The position numbers and the translations under genes were made by a program. Below are positions 1 through 12,820 of a DNA stretch of 64,000 nucleotides, piece by piece; within the stretch, counting starts at the first letter, position 1, and every line of letters begins with the position of its first letter. The DNA comes from Eledone cirrhosa (Eukaryota). Under the pieces are notes generated by a model. That model ran no database searches, was not told the origin of the DNA, and saw only the letters and a list, made by a program, of their open reading frames with translations. The stretch spans positions 322,710,001-322,774,000 of the forward strand of contig OZ024742.1 of NCBI GenBank assembly GCA_964016885.1, in the 5' to 3' direction.

Positions 1-9
1 ATGATCCAG
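1..9 (+). CDS. ATP8A1: P4-ATPase flippase exon, 3' end only (MIQ, end of the GDGAND-x-x-MIQ motif)
   Basis: ATGATCCAG followed by strong donor GTAAGT; joins in phase 0 to SAHVGVG in the next exon. Confidence 0.8.
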
Positions 10-1512
10 GTAAGTGGTTCTCTCTTTGTAACCATTACAGTTTCTTCAGGAAGTTTTCACATATTTTCTGGTATATTTTTGGACAGGAAATCTATTTAAT
101 CCTTTTGATATCAAACTACATGAAACCTCTACTGGCTTTACCACACAAAACTGTTTCTATCTATCTAAAAAGTTTATAATTTTATGTAAGAATTTTTATT
201 AAGATATGTTCTAACATCAGCTTAATGAGAAAATTGCCCTGCCCACTCTGTAAATGTAGTTGGCATTAGGAAGGGCATCCAGCTATAGAAACCAAGCCAA
301 AATCAGTTTTGTATGAGTAAGACATGGTAATCTGATCTGGTTTGCCTCAAATGAACAACTCGCTTAACCATGCTAGTGTGGAAAAATGGATCTTAAACGA
401 TGATGGTGGTGGTGATGATGATGATTAGTAAGTTTTTTATTAATTCTCAAATTATTTAAAAATCATAGGCAGTGTCTTTCATTATAAATATGGTAATGAA
501 AGGGTTAAAAACCTTCTAGCATAATTGTATATAAGGACCTTTATGTTCTAAATACCAACCTAATAATGAGTGCCTTTCTTTAAAAATATGCTAATGTTAA
601 AAATTCTGGTGTACATGATTTTGCCTTTAACCTAATATTTTGCTGACCACCAAATTAATTGTGTTTGGTTCTATTATATGATATACTTCCTCAAAATTAG
701 TTGATTATCTTGCTCAGTTCAACTTTGCTTTTGTTCCTTTTGGAGTTGATATAATGTACCACTCAGTTCAACACCCACCTGGCTCTAGGGCGCTTATAGC
801 AGAGTCAACTATGTTGCAAGCTTTCACCCAGTTTAACATCACCACCTGGTTCTTGGGTGCCTTTAACAGTCCATTCTGTTGCGAGCTTTCAGACTTGGTC
901 TCTGGTTTGGGGATAATTTCCTCCCACTAGTCTTGGAGGTGCTGAAAAAATAAAGAGCTATTTTTACTGCACTTCCTTATTAAACTAAGTGGTTAAAAAA
1001 GGTTATACTGAAATATATACACTGTTTTATCTCATTTGCTATATAACTTTCATTGCTGTAGAAAAGTTAACAAACAAAGGATTGAGAGAACTATTCAGTT
1101 GTGTTAAGGACACAACAACCTCTCTAGTGTTGGTGACATGTTAAAAGATACCTAGTGCACTCTGTAAAGTGGTTGGTGATAAGGAGGGCTTCCAGCCATA
1201 GATAACTTGCCAAACAAAAGGTTGGAAGGACTCATAAGTTGTCAATGACATGATAACTTTTCCCTAGTGCTGGTGCGATGATAAAATGCATTCAGTGGAT
1301 CCTGTAGAATAAGAGAAGATATGTTAATGAGATGTGGGCCCCAGACCATCTGAAAGGTCAGTATGTCTTAAGTACTAACTTGGTCTGTTATGACCCATTC
1401 ATCTCTTGTTAACAGGGAAAATGAACGTTAGATGATTGTAACAGTAGCCAAAAAGTCATGTTGTATTATTGTGTATGCTTTATTTAACACCTGTTCATCT
1501 TAACTTTTACAG

Positions 1513-1590
1513 TCAGCACATGTTGGTGTAGGTGTCAGTGGTAATGAAGGTTTGCAGGCAGCGTGTGCTTCAGACTATGCCATAGCCCAG
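1513..1590 (+). CDS. ATP8A1: P4-ATPase exon [26 protein letters not shown]
   Basis: ttttacAG acceptor, GTAGAG donor, 78 nt, phase 0-0; matches P4-ATPase hallmark AHVGVGISGxEGxQA-x-SDY-x-IAQ. Confidence 0.96.
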
Positions 1591-1982
1591 GTAGAGTATT
1601 CTTTAATTGATTTTATTTATTTTTTGTTGTTGTTGTTCACATAACCTAGCATTGGCGTTATGATAAAATGCACCCAGTATAGTCTGTAAAGTGGTTAACT
1701 ATGAACAGAGATAATATAGGATAGAGAGGACTCTTCAGTCTTGCTAAGCACATGACAACCTTTCTAGTGCTGGTAACAGGATAAAATGTACCCACTACAC
1801 TCTACAAAGCAGCGATGCTGGTGGCATGATAAACTGCACCCAGTACACTAGTGTATGTGTTTGTGTGTGTAAAACTGCTTTTTTTCACACTTGTATGTGT
1901 AAACACTATTTCTCTCCACACATGTATGTGTAAAATCATTCCTTTCCATATGTGTATATATATGTGTGTGTTTGTATTTCAG

Positions 1983-2093
1983 TTTCGTTACCTAAACAAG
2001 TTGTTACTCGTCCATGGAGCCTGGAGTTACTCAAGACTGTGTAAACTTATCTTGTATTCTTTCTATAAGAATATATGTCTGTATGTCATAGAG
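1983..2093 (+). CDS. ATP8A1: P4-ATPase exon [37 protein letters not shown] (into TM5)
   Basis: tttcAG acceptor, GTAAGA donor, 111 nt; LLLVHGAW and FYKN motifs of the ATP8A class. Confidence 0.97.
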
Positions 2094-3033
2094 GTAAGAT
2101 GCCTCCCTTTCATATATTCTTTCTATTGAAATTTATAACTTCTTCCCTCTTTAACTCCCACTCTCAACATTCTCTGAACTCTACATTAAAGTACAGTGTG
2201 TCATTGATTCATTGATCTCTGCATTTGATCATCAATATATCTATCTGTTTATTATTCAGTCTATTTGTCCTTCCACTCGGCTATCTATCATTCCATCAAT
2301 CCATTCACATATCAATCCTTCAATCCATTTAACCTTCTGTCTATCAATATGGCCTACATTCCATTACATCTCCATCCTCTGTGGCCTTTAATTACCCCAT
2401 TGATGATCCATGGCCCTCATTCATGTAATGGGGTCTGTTTTCCATCACATGTTATATCCTCTGTGACCAGTAGTTAGCCGATTATGATCTATGGCCCTTA
2501 TTCATGTAATGTGGCCTGCTTTCCATCACAAGCCCATCCACTGATGCTTTTAATCACTCCACTACTAACTATCCAAGGTAGTCCTCCATTCACATATCCT
2601 TGATCTCATCAGCACCATATGAATCCTTTATGCAATATGACCTATTTTACATCACATTTACATCCACTGTAGCCATTACTTATTCTGCCAACCATTCATG
2701 ATTCTCTTCCATATCTCATTACCACCACATAAATTCTACATGAGATGTGGCCTACTTTTCAATCCCATGTCTATCTACATGATATATGCATTACCTCCAT
2801 TTTAATTTGATGCCATAAGTACACATCAGTGTCTCATTATAAATGTTAATGTGCCTCCAACCTCAGCTGAAACATATCTACCTTCTCTAGCCAATCAGGT
2901 TTAAATGTTGCCATCCTACATCATTGCACACCCATCTCACCATGCCTTTTTAAAATAAATGCAGATAAGCTAAGAAGGAAGCCTCAGTGTGGTCAATCAA
3001 CCTATTAGAAATCAATTAAATATTCTTCAGACT

Positions 3034-3260
3034 GTGTCTTCTACTCTAGTCCCAGACTGACCACTGTCTTGTGTCTTCTATAATAGTCTTTGGCTAACCA
3101 CTGCCTTATGTCTACTATAGTCCCAGACTGACCACTGTCTTGTGTCTTCTATAATAGTCCCAGGTTGAACACTGCCTTGTGTCTACTATAGTCTCTGGCT
3201 GACCACTGCTTTGAGAATGAATTTAGTAAATGGAAGCTGTGAAAGAATTGTGCGTGTGTG
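3034..3260 (+). repeat. SINE body fragment with an internal ~38-bp tandem amplification (about 5 units)
   Basis: Repeated tgtcttctactatagtcccagactgaccactgtcttg-like unit followed by SINE-like body. Confidence 0.6.
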
Positions 3261-3833
3261 CATGAATTTACAGGACTAGAGTAGAAGACACATGCAGTGG
3301 AATGAAACCTAAAACCACATGGTCGTGCAGTGAACATCTTAACCTAGAGCCTGTGTCCAGAGTTGGCACCCTAGGTTAGCCCTACAATATGCACACCATT
3401 CTCCAAAATAAACTAATTTCAGTTTACAGTTTAGTAAGATGACAGATCAAATTTTCAATATTTTTTGCTTTGACTACACTAAGAAAATTACCAAGCCTGC
3501 ATTTTCTACTACTTTCACCCATGTCAAATCATGTTAAAGGTCATAACACAATTTGACCATCTCTACTACTATGGATATTTCCACACTGCTGTAATATGGC
3601 AATGTTTAGTGATTTTATTTATTGATTACAAGAAATCAGTATTCATTCAAGTTATTTAAACAAATTTGAATAAAACTTTGGTCCTTTATGATTCAGTAAT
3701 GTACTTCTTGAGGTCTGTGCTTTAAGTGGCTGCCTAGTTGAAGTCACACAGTCATCATCATCATCATTTAACGTTTGTTTTACCCACTAGCAATGGTTGT
3801 ATAAGCGTGTCTGTATTTATAACAAATATCAAT

Positions 3834-4140
3834 GGAGGCACATGGCTTAGTGGTTAGAGCATTGGCCTTGCAATCGAAAGGTTGTGAGTTCAATTCTCAG
3901 ACTGGGTGATGTGTTGTTTCCTTGAGCAAGACACTTTATTTCACATTGCTCCAGTTTACTCAGCTGTAGAAATGACATGATAGGGACTGGGGTCCATATC
4001 ATTCCACTGCAAAGTGGTCGTGGAGGTGCCACGGAAAAAAGCACCCAGCACTCACTGCAAATGAGGTTGGTGTTAGGAAGGGCATCCAGCTGTAGAAAGC
4101 AGGGAAAAAGCGGACGCAAAATGAAATGATGATGATGATC
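3834..4140 (+). mobile_element. tRNA-derived SINE family A (CORE-like centre, RTE-type tail ending in (ATG)n)
   Basis: A-box TGGCTTAGTGG, B-box GAGTTCAATTC; near-identical copies at 10977, 19299 and 60095. Confidence 0.88.
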
Positions 4141-6716
4141 ATAGCCACACAGCCATGCCTATGTTTATAACAAACATCATAACCATAACCACACATCCAT
4201 GTCTGTGTCTATAACATCTTATCCACACAGCCATGTCTGTCTATAACAAATATCTTAACCACACAGCCATGGCTTTGTCTATAACAGACATCTTAATCAC
4301 ACATCCATGTCTGTGTCTATAACAAACATCATAACCATACAGCTATGTCTGTGTCTATAACAGACATCATAACCATACAGCTATGTCTTTGGCTATAACA
4401 AACATCATAACCATACAGCTATGTCTGTGTCTATAACAAACATCATAACCATTCAGCCATGGCTTTGGCTATAATAAATGACTGTCTATAACAAACATCT
4501 TATCCACACAGCCATGTCTGTGTCTATAACAAACATCTTATCCACACAGCCATGTCTGTGTCTATAACAAACATCATAACCACACAGCCATACCTGTGTC
4601 TATAACAAACATCATAACCACACAGCCATGTCTGTGTATATAACAAACATCTTATCCACACAGCCATGTCTGTGTCTATAACAAACATCTTATCCACACA
4701 GCCATACCTGTGTCTATAACAAACATCATAACCACACAGCCATGTCTGTGTCTATAACAAACATCATAACCACACAGCCATGTCTGTGTCTATAACAAAC
4801 ATCATAACCACACAGCCATGTCTGTGTCTATAACAAACATCATAACCACACAGCCATGTCTGTGTCTATAACAAACATCTTATCCACACAGCCATACCTG
4901 TGTCTATAACAAACATCATAACCACACAGCCATGCCTGTGTCTATAACAAACATCATAACCACACAGCCATGTCTGTGTCTATAACAAACATCATAACCA
5001 CACAGCCATGTCTGTGTCTATAACAAACATCATAACCACACAGCCATGCCTGTGTCTATAACAAACATCATAACCACACAGCCATGTCTGTGTCTATAAC
5101 AAACATCATAACCACACAGCCATGTCTGTGTCTATAACAAACATCTTATCCACACAGCCATACCTGTGTCTATAACAAACATCATAACCACACAGCCATG
5201 CCTGTGTCTATAACAAACATCATAACCACACAGCCATGTCTGTGTCTATAACAAACATCATAACCACACAGCCATGCCTGTGTCTATAACAAACATCATA
5301 ACTACACAGCCATGCATGTGTCTATAACAAACATCATAACTACACAGCCATGTCTGTGTCTATAACAAACATCATAACCACACAGCCATGCCTGTGTCTA
5401 TAACAAACATCATAACCACACAGCCATGTCTGTGTCTATAACAAACATCTTATCCACACAGCCATACCTGTGTCTATAACAAACATCATAACCACACAGC
5501 CATGTCTGTGTCTATAACAAACATCATAACCACACAGCCATGTCTGTGTCTATAACAAACATCATAACCACACAGCCATGTCTGTGTCTATAACAAACAT
5601 CATAACCACACAGCCATGTCTGTGTCTATAACAAACATCATAACCACACAGCCATGTCTGTGTCTATAACAAACATCTTATCCACACAGCCATACCTGTG
5701 TCTATAACAAACATCTTAACCACACAGCCATGCCTGTGTCTATAACAAACATCATAACCACACAGCCATACCTGTGTCTATAACAAACATCATAACCACA
5801 CAGCCATGTCTGTGTCTATAACAAACATCTTATCCACACAGCCATACCTGTGTCTATAACAAACATCATAACCACACAGCCATGTCTGTGTCTATAACAA
5901 ACATCATAACCACACAGCCATGTCTGTGTCTATAACAAACATCATAACCACACAGCCATGTCTGTGTCTATAACAAACATCTTATCCACACAGCCATACC
6001 TGTGTCTATAACAAACATCATAACCACACAGCCATGCCTGTGTCTATAACAAACATCATAACCACACAGCCATGTCTGTGTCTATAACAAACATCATAAC
6101 CACACAGCCATGTCTGTGTCTATAACAAACATCATAACCACACAGCCATGCCTGTGTCTATAACAAACATCATAACCACACAGCCATGCCTGTGTCTATA
6201 ACAAACATCATAACCACACAGCCATGTCTGTGTCTATAACAAACATCATAACCACACAGCCATGCCTGTGTCTATAACAAACATCATAACCACACAGCCA
6301 TGCCTGTGTCTATAACAAACATCATAACCACACAGCCATGCCTGTGTCTATAACAAACATCATAACCACACAGCCATGTCTGTGTCTATAACAAACATCA
6401 TAACCACACAGCCATGTCTGTGTCTATAACAAACATCATAACCACACAGCCATGCCTGTGTCTATAACAAACATCATAACCACACAGCCATGTCTGTGTC
6501 TATAACAAACATCATAACCACACAGCCATGCCTGTGTCTATAACAAACATCATAACCACACAGCCATGCCTGTGTCTATAACAAACATCATAACCACACA
6601 GCCATACCTGTGTCTATAACAAACATCATAACCACACAGCCATGCCTGTGTCTATAACAAACATCATAACCACACAGCCATGCCTGTGTCTATAACAAAC
6701 ATCATAACCACACAGC
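4141..6716. repeat. 38-bp minisatellite, left arm (about 68 units)
   Basis: Unit acaaacatcataaccacacagccatgtctgtgtctata with variants; period 38 verified (4681 to 4719). Confidence 0.98.
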
Positions 6717-7236
6717 CATCATCATCATCATCATCACCGTTTTACGTCCGTTCTTCCACGCTAGCATGGGTTAGACGGGTTGTCCTGTTGTGGGCAGTGT
6801 CTGGTCGGCTGACCATGCCTTGCTCATACAGGAACTGATCTGGCTTGATTTCTACAGCTGGATGCCCTTCCTAACACCAACCTCATTTACAGTGAGTGCT
6901 GGGTGCTTTTTCGTGGCGCCTACACATCCACTTTACAGTGTGGGCTGGGTGCTTTTTTGCCGTGGCACCTCCACGACCACCTTGCGGGGGGGGGGGGGGG
7001 GCATATTGTTTATATGCTTCAGCATGTACCCATGGGAGGTCGAGTACCCTGTATTACTGCGTGACGCCAGAAGTCACGGTCGTGTGTCATTGACTTTGAG
7101 AGGTGTAGTTGGGTAAGGTCGGCTTTTATCACCTCATCCCAAGTCATCTTGGGTCTCCCCACTCTGCGGTTTCCATCAACTTCTAGTGCTCTGCACCTTT
7201 TTATGCAGCTGTCATCCTTCATACGCATCACATGTC
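6717..7236 (-). mobile_element. 5'-truncated RTE-clade LINE (ORF2 C-terminus, 3' UTR, (GAT)n tail)
   Basis: Minus-strand HVMRMKDDSCIKR...GNRRVGRPKMTWDEVIKADL...DRDFWR is a typical RTE C-terminus; (CAT)n tail at 6717-6736. Confidence 0.85.
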
Positions 7237-9502
7237 TGTGTCTATAACAAACATCTTATCCACACAGCCATACCTGTGTCTATAACAAACATCATAACCA
7301 CACAGCCATACCTGTGTCTATAACAAACATCATAACTACACAGCCATGTCTGTGTCTATAACAAACATCATAACCACACAGCCATGCCTGTGTCTATAAC
7401 AAACATCATAACCACACAGCCATGTCTGTGTCTATAACAAACATCATAACCACACAGCCATACCTGTGTCTATAACAAACATCATAACTACACAGCCATG
7501 TCTGTGTCTATAACAAACATCATAACCACACAGCCATGCCTGTGTCTATAACAAACATCATAACCACACAGCCATGTCTGTGTCTATAACAAACATCATA
7601 ACCACACAGCCATGTCTGTGTCTATAACAAACATCTTATCCACACAGCCATACCTGTGTCTATAACAAACATCATAACCACACAGCCATGCCTGTGTCTA
7701 TAACAAACATCATAACCACACAGCCATGTCTGTGTCTATAACAAACATCATAACCACATAGCCATGTCTGTGTCTATAACAAACATCATAACCACACAGC
7801 CATGTCTGTGTCTATAACAAACATCATAACCACACAGCCATGTCTGTGTTTATAACAAACATCTTATCCACACAGCCATGTCTGTGTTTATAACAAACAT
7901 CATAACCACACAGCCATACCTGTGTCTATAACAAACATCTTATCCACACAGCCATACCTGTGTCTATAACAAACATCATAACCACACAGCCATGCCTGTG
8001 TCTATAACAAACATCATAACCACACAGCCATGTCTGTGTCTATAACAAACATCATAACCACACAGCCATGTCTGTGTTTATAACAAACATCTTATCCACA
8101 CAGCCATGTCTGTGTTTATAACAAACATCATAACCACACAGCCATACCTGTGTCTATAACAAACATCTTATCCACACAGCCATACCTGTGTCTATAACAA
8201 ACATCATAACCACACAGCCATGCCTGTGTCTATAACAAACATCATAACCACACAGCCATGTCTGTGTCTATAACAAACATCTTATCCACACAGCCATGTC
8301 TGTGTCTATAACAAACATCTTATCCACACAGCCATGTCTGTGTTTATAACAAACATCATAACCACACAGCCATACCTGTGTCTATAACAAACATCTTATC
8401 CACACAGCCATACCTGTGTCTATAACAAACATCATAACCACACAGCCATGCCTGTGTCTATAACAAACATCATAACCACACAGCCATGTCTGTGTCTATA
8501 ACAAACATCTTATCCACACAGCCATGTCTGTGTCTATAACAAACATCTTATCCACACAGCCATACCTGTGTCTATAACAAACATCATAACCACACAGCCA
8601 TACCTGTGTCTATAACAAACATCATAACCACACAGCCATGCCTGTGTCTATAACAAACATCATAACCACACAGCCATGCCTGTGTCTATAACAAACATCT
8701 TAACCACACAGCCATGTCTTTGGCTATAATAAATGACTGTATATAACAAACATCATAACCACACAGCCATGCCTGTGTCTATAACAAACATCATAACTAC
8801 ACAGCCATGTCTGTGTCTATAACAAACATCATAACCACACAGCCATGTCTGTGTCTATAACAAACATCTTATCCACACAGCCATGTCTGTGTCTATAACA
8901 AACATCTTATCCACACAGCCATACCTGTGTCTATAACAAACATCATAACCACACAGCCATACCTGTGTCTATAACAAACATCATAACCACACAGCCATGT
9001 CTGTGTATATAACAAACATCATAACCACACAGCCATGTCTGTGTATATAACAAACATCATAACCACACAGCCATACCTGTGTCTATAACAAACATCATAA
9101 CCACACAGCCATGCCTGTGTCTATAACAAACATAACCACACAGCCATGTCTGTGTCTATAACAAACATCATAACCACACAGCCATGCCTGTGTTTATAAC
9201 AAACATCATAACTACACAGCCATGTCTGTGTCTATAACAAACATCATAACCACACAGCCATGTCTTTGGCTATAATAAATGACTGTATATAACAAACATC
9301 ATATCCACACAGCCATGCCTGTGTCTATAACAAACATCATAACTACACAGCCATGTCTGTGTCTATAACAAACATCATAACCACACAGCCATGTCTGTGT
9401 ATATAACAAACATCATAACCACACAGCCATGTCTGTGTCTATAACAAACATCATAACCACACAGCCATGCCTGTGTCTATAACAAACATCTTAACTACAC
9501 AG
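7231..9502. repeat. 38-bp minisatellite, right arm (about 60 units)
   Basis: Same unit resumes in register after the LINE insertion. Confidence 0.98.
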
Positions 9503-9631
9503 TAATGTATGAAATGTTTCACAAATAGCCCCATAATACAATCACTGTCACATACTCCCCCTCTATTTCCCTGAGCAACATAAATGTATCCAGTGTATAT
9601 GTAATCTTTATAAATTGACTGTTCATTTCAG

Positions 9632-9706
9632 CTCTGGTTCAACACAGTTTGTGGCTTTTCTGGACAAATTGTCTTTGAGAGGTGGTTAATTGGTTTTTAC
9701 AATGTG
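9632..9706 (+). CDS. ATP8A1: Exon variant A (TM5-TM6): LWFNTVCGFSGQIVFERWLIGFYNV
   Basis: tttcAG acceptor, GTATGT donor, 75 nt, phase 0-0; GFSGQ-x-x-FERW-x-IG-x-YNV motif. Confidence 0.9.
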
Positions 9707-10049
9707 GTATGTGCAACCCAACATTTGACCGATGGCTATTTGCTAAAAAAAAAAGAAAAGCTCGCCTTCCCTCTCCACCTATTTTCAAAGCAATTTTATC
9801 TAACTGGACATGGTTGCTCTATACTACTAATCAGTTCCATACCATTTTTATTTTACTCACATATTTTTTTTTCATTCTATTGATCTCAACACACAGTGTT
9901 TGTTTTAATCCACAGCATGGTTTGTATATATATATGGGACAATGTATATATTTGCTTCTTGGCTATATTTATTATAACGCTTGCACCTTCCTTTTAATAA
10001 ATTCTCTGCTGTAAAATATTAGTTGTTTGTACTATTATTGTTATTATTA

Positions 10050-10460
10050 TTAAGAGTAGTGAATAAGCAGAATCATGAGTGTCAGATATAAAATACTTTG
10101 AAGTATTTGTTTCACCTCTTTAAATTCTGAGTTCCAAATTTTGCTGAGGTCAGCTTTACCTTTTATCCTTTCAGGGTCAATAAAATAAAGTACCAGTCAA
10201 AAACTGGATTGGAGTAGATTTAATTGACTTGCCCCTTCCTCTAAAATATTGCTGGCTTTGGGCCTAAATTGGAAACCATTGTTGGTAGAGTGTCAGACAT
10301 GCTTTGCAGCATATAGTCTGAGTTCAAATCTCGTCGAGATTAGCTTTGTCTTTCATCCTTATGGGGTCGATAAAATAAAATACCAATAACCCACTGGGAT
10401 CGATTTAATCGACTTTCTCCTCCCCCTAAATTGCTGGCCTTGTACCTAAATCAGAAACCT
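10050..10460 (+). mobile_element. Two degenerate tandem SINE family B copies between the duplicated exons
   Basis: ctgagttc(c)aaat...tttcatcctt...ggtcgataaaataaa.tacca...ggccttgt motif occurs twice. Confidence 0.7.
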
Positions 10461-10699
10461 AAAAGTTACTGTCCTTATAGACAGGCCAGGCGACATCTTG
10501 TTTACAAGGTTTCTACAACTAGATGCCCAACCACTTATGTACCCAGTAAAACACCTGATATTTTGTAGCAGAAAGTTTGATCTAATACTATACATACATA
10601 CACACAAACACATACACACACAAACACACACTGCTAACCAGGAGTTTAATAGCACTTTGGTTTGGGTTTTTTTTTTTATTTCCCTTTATATTCTTCCAG

Positions 10700-10774
10700 T
10701 TCTGGTTTGCCATGGTAAATGGCTTCTCCGGACAGGTTGTGTTTGAGCGCTGGAGTATTGGTTTGTATAATGTG
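10700..10774 (+). CDS. ATP8A1: Exon variant B (TM5-TM6): [25 protein letters not shown]
   Basis: Pyrimidine tract plus ttccAG, GTAGGT donor, CTAAC branch-like site near 10634, 75 nt, phase 0-0; closer to vertebrate ATP8A ([24 protein letters not shown]). Confidence 0.93.
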
Positions 10775-10956
10775 GTAGGTGACTCATTTATGCAGCAGGA
10801 TTTATATATATATTGTTGTTGTTTTTGTTGTTGTTTATGTTGCATTTACTAAGGAAATTTTTGTATTTACTTTTTTTTTGTACTGGCATCGCTATGTTAA
10901 TAGTTACATGATCATTATGTTAATTAGTTACTGTCATTGTTATGTTAATTAGTTAA

Positions 10957-11931
10957 TTAAATCCTTTTGTTACCATGGAGGCACATGGCTTAGTGGTTAG
11001 AGCATTGGCTTTGCAATCGAAAGGTTTTGAGTTCAATTCTCAGACCGGGTGATGTGTTGTTTCCTTGAACAAGACACTTTATTTCACATTGCTCCAGTTT
11101 ACTCAGCTGTAGAAATGACATGATAGGGACTGGGGTCCATATCATTTCACTGCAAAGTGGTCGTGCAGGTGCCACGGAAAAAAGCACCCAGCACTCACTG
11201 CAAATGAGGTTGGTGTTAGGAAGGGCATCCAGCTGTAGAAATCCAGCCAGAATCAGTTCCCGTCCTACCCTTGCAAGCAGGGAAAAGCGGACGTAAAATG
11301 ATGATGATGATTTCTAATGAATGGCACTACCTATAATTTTCAAATTGTTTTGAAAATATTCAAGAATTTGGAGGGGTTTAGTAATCTAACTTTCTCATTA
11401 TTAAGTTGGTGTTTAGCATATAACAAAGGTTCTTAAGTAAAATTATGATGGAAGGTTTTTAAATAAAGGTAAACATTTAAACTTTTCATTACCATATTTC
11501 TAATGAAAGGCACTGCTTATGGTTATCAAATAATTTAGAAAATAATGAAAAACTTGAGAAATTTAGTAATATAACTTTCTTGTCATTAAATTGGTGTTTG
11601 GAGCATAGCTTAGCCCTTTAACATTTAAACCGGCTGTATCCAGCCAGAATTCTCTCACCTCTCTGTTCAAACCGGCCATAACCAGCCACTCATACCGATG
11701 TTAAGGTATTGTTCTCAAAATCAATAATATCCAAATCTCATTTGATATGATTGAGAGGTAAAGTCTTTATTGCAAAAATACAATTGTAAATATAGAGTAA
11801 TGCAAATGCTAAAGGGTTAACAAAGGTTCTCGTATAAAATTATGATGGAAAGTTTTTAGATAAAGATTTAAGTTTTTTAACTGTCATACAACCAGGAGCA
11901 GTGTCAGACAGTGTGGTAACAAAAGGGTTAA
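10957..11931. mobile_element. Nested stack: TTAA-flanked piggyBac-like MITE containing SINE A (10977-11311) and a second MITE (about 11609-11820)
   Basis: Ends aatccttttgttaccat and gtaacaaaagggttaa; related elements at 16098-16400, 38718-38915, 47074-47300, 51141-51358; inner element related to 46270-46478. Confidence 0.65.
10977..11311 (+). mobile_element. SINE family A, full length
   Basis: A/B boxes and (ATG)n tail; near-identical to the 3834 copy. Confidence 0.88.
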
Positions 11932-12617
11932 TGAATGTGTTGTACTTCAGTAGCATATATAGATTCATGCTAAGTTTTAGGTCCTTAATAGAGGAGATTG
12001 ATCAGAATGAAATGTTTTCGTTTCCTGCTGACTCGCTTAACACAACACAACCACACATTCACTCCACCCACAGTTGTCTCTGAGATGTTCGTTTTTCCTC
12101 TGACTTAGGGAAATCTAAAATGAGATAATGTTTTTAATATGTGTCAAGACTACTTGAGGTGACTTAAATCAGTCCTGGCTAGGATTATCATCATCTCATC
12201 TTGACACTTGCCTTTCCTCTGACCTACCATGAGAGAAGCCCCTTAATTATTACATAGTCCACATAAGGTGGGTTGAATCAGTCCTAGCTAGGATTATCAC
12301 AATCTCATGTTAACTGTCAAATACTTCCCTTGCAAATGTAAACTGTAACTCCATGACTGAATATTAGTTAGTCTTGTTCTCCCTGCATTGTCAGAAATAG
12401 CAGACGCATATCATTCATATTTATATTTTGCAGCATTTAATTATGGCTTTTTACAGTCTGAATTCATATCCTGCTGAAGTCAGCTTTGTCTTTCATCCTT
12501 CCAGGGTTGATAAAATAAAGTACCAGTCAAGTACTGGGGTTGATTTAATCAACTTTCTCAATCACCCCAAATTGCAAGCTCTGTCCTTAAATTAGAAACC
12601 ATTATTATTATTATAAA

Positions 12618-12820
12618 GGGCGGTGGATTGGCAGTATCGGTAGAGGGTCGGACGTCATGCTTTGACGTATAGAGTTACGGCCCTTTCCATTCTGAGTTCA
12701 AATCCCGCCGAGGTCAACTTTGCCATTCATCCTTACGGGGTCGATAAAATAAAGTACCAGTAATGTACTGGGTAATTGTTGGCCTTGTGCCAAAGTAGAA
12801 ACAATTATTATTATTATTAT
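12618..12820 (+). mobile_element. tRNA-derived SINE family B (Meta-domain-like centre, (ATT)n tail), preceded by an older copy at about 12440-12612
   Basis: ggcggtggattggcagtatcggtagag head, GAGTTCAAATC B-box, ttcatccttacggggtcgataaaataaagtaccag core. Confidence 0.85.

Noticed and set aside
3834-3906. tRNA gene (A and B boxes)
   Set aside because: It is the head of a multi-copy SINE; no convincing cloverleaf or standalone terminator
4141-9502. CRISPR-like appearance of regular 38-bp repeats
   Set aside because: Units are directly adjacent with no unique spacers, there are no cas genes, and the context is a eukaryotic intron
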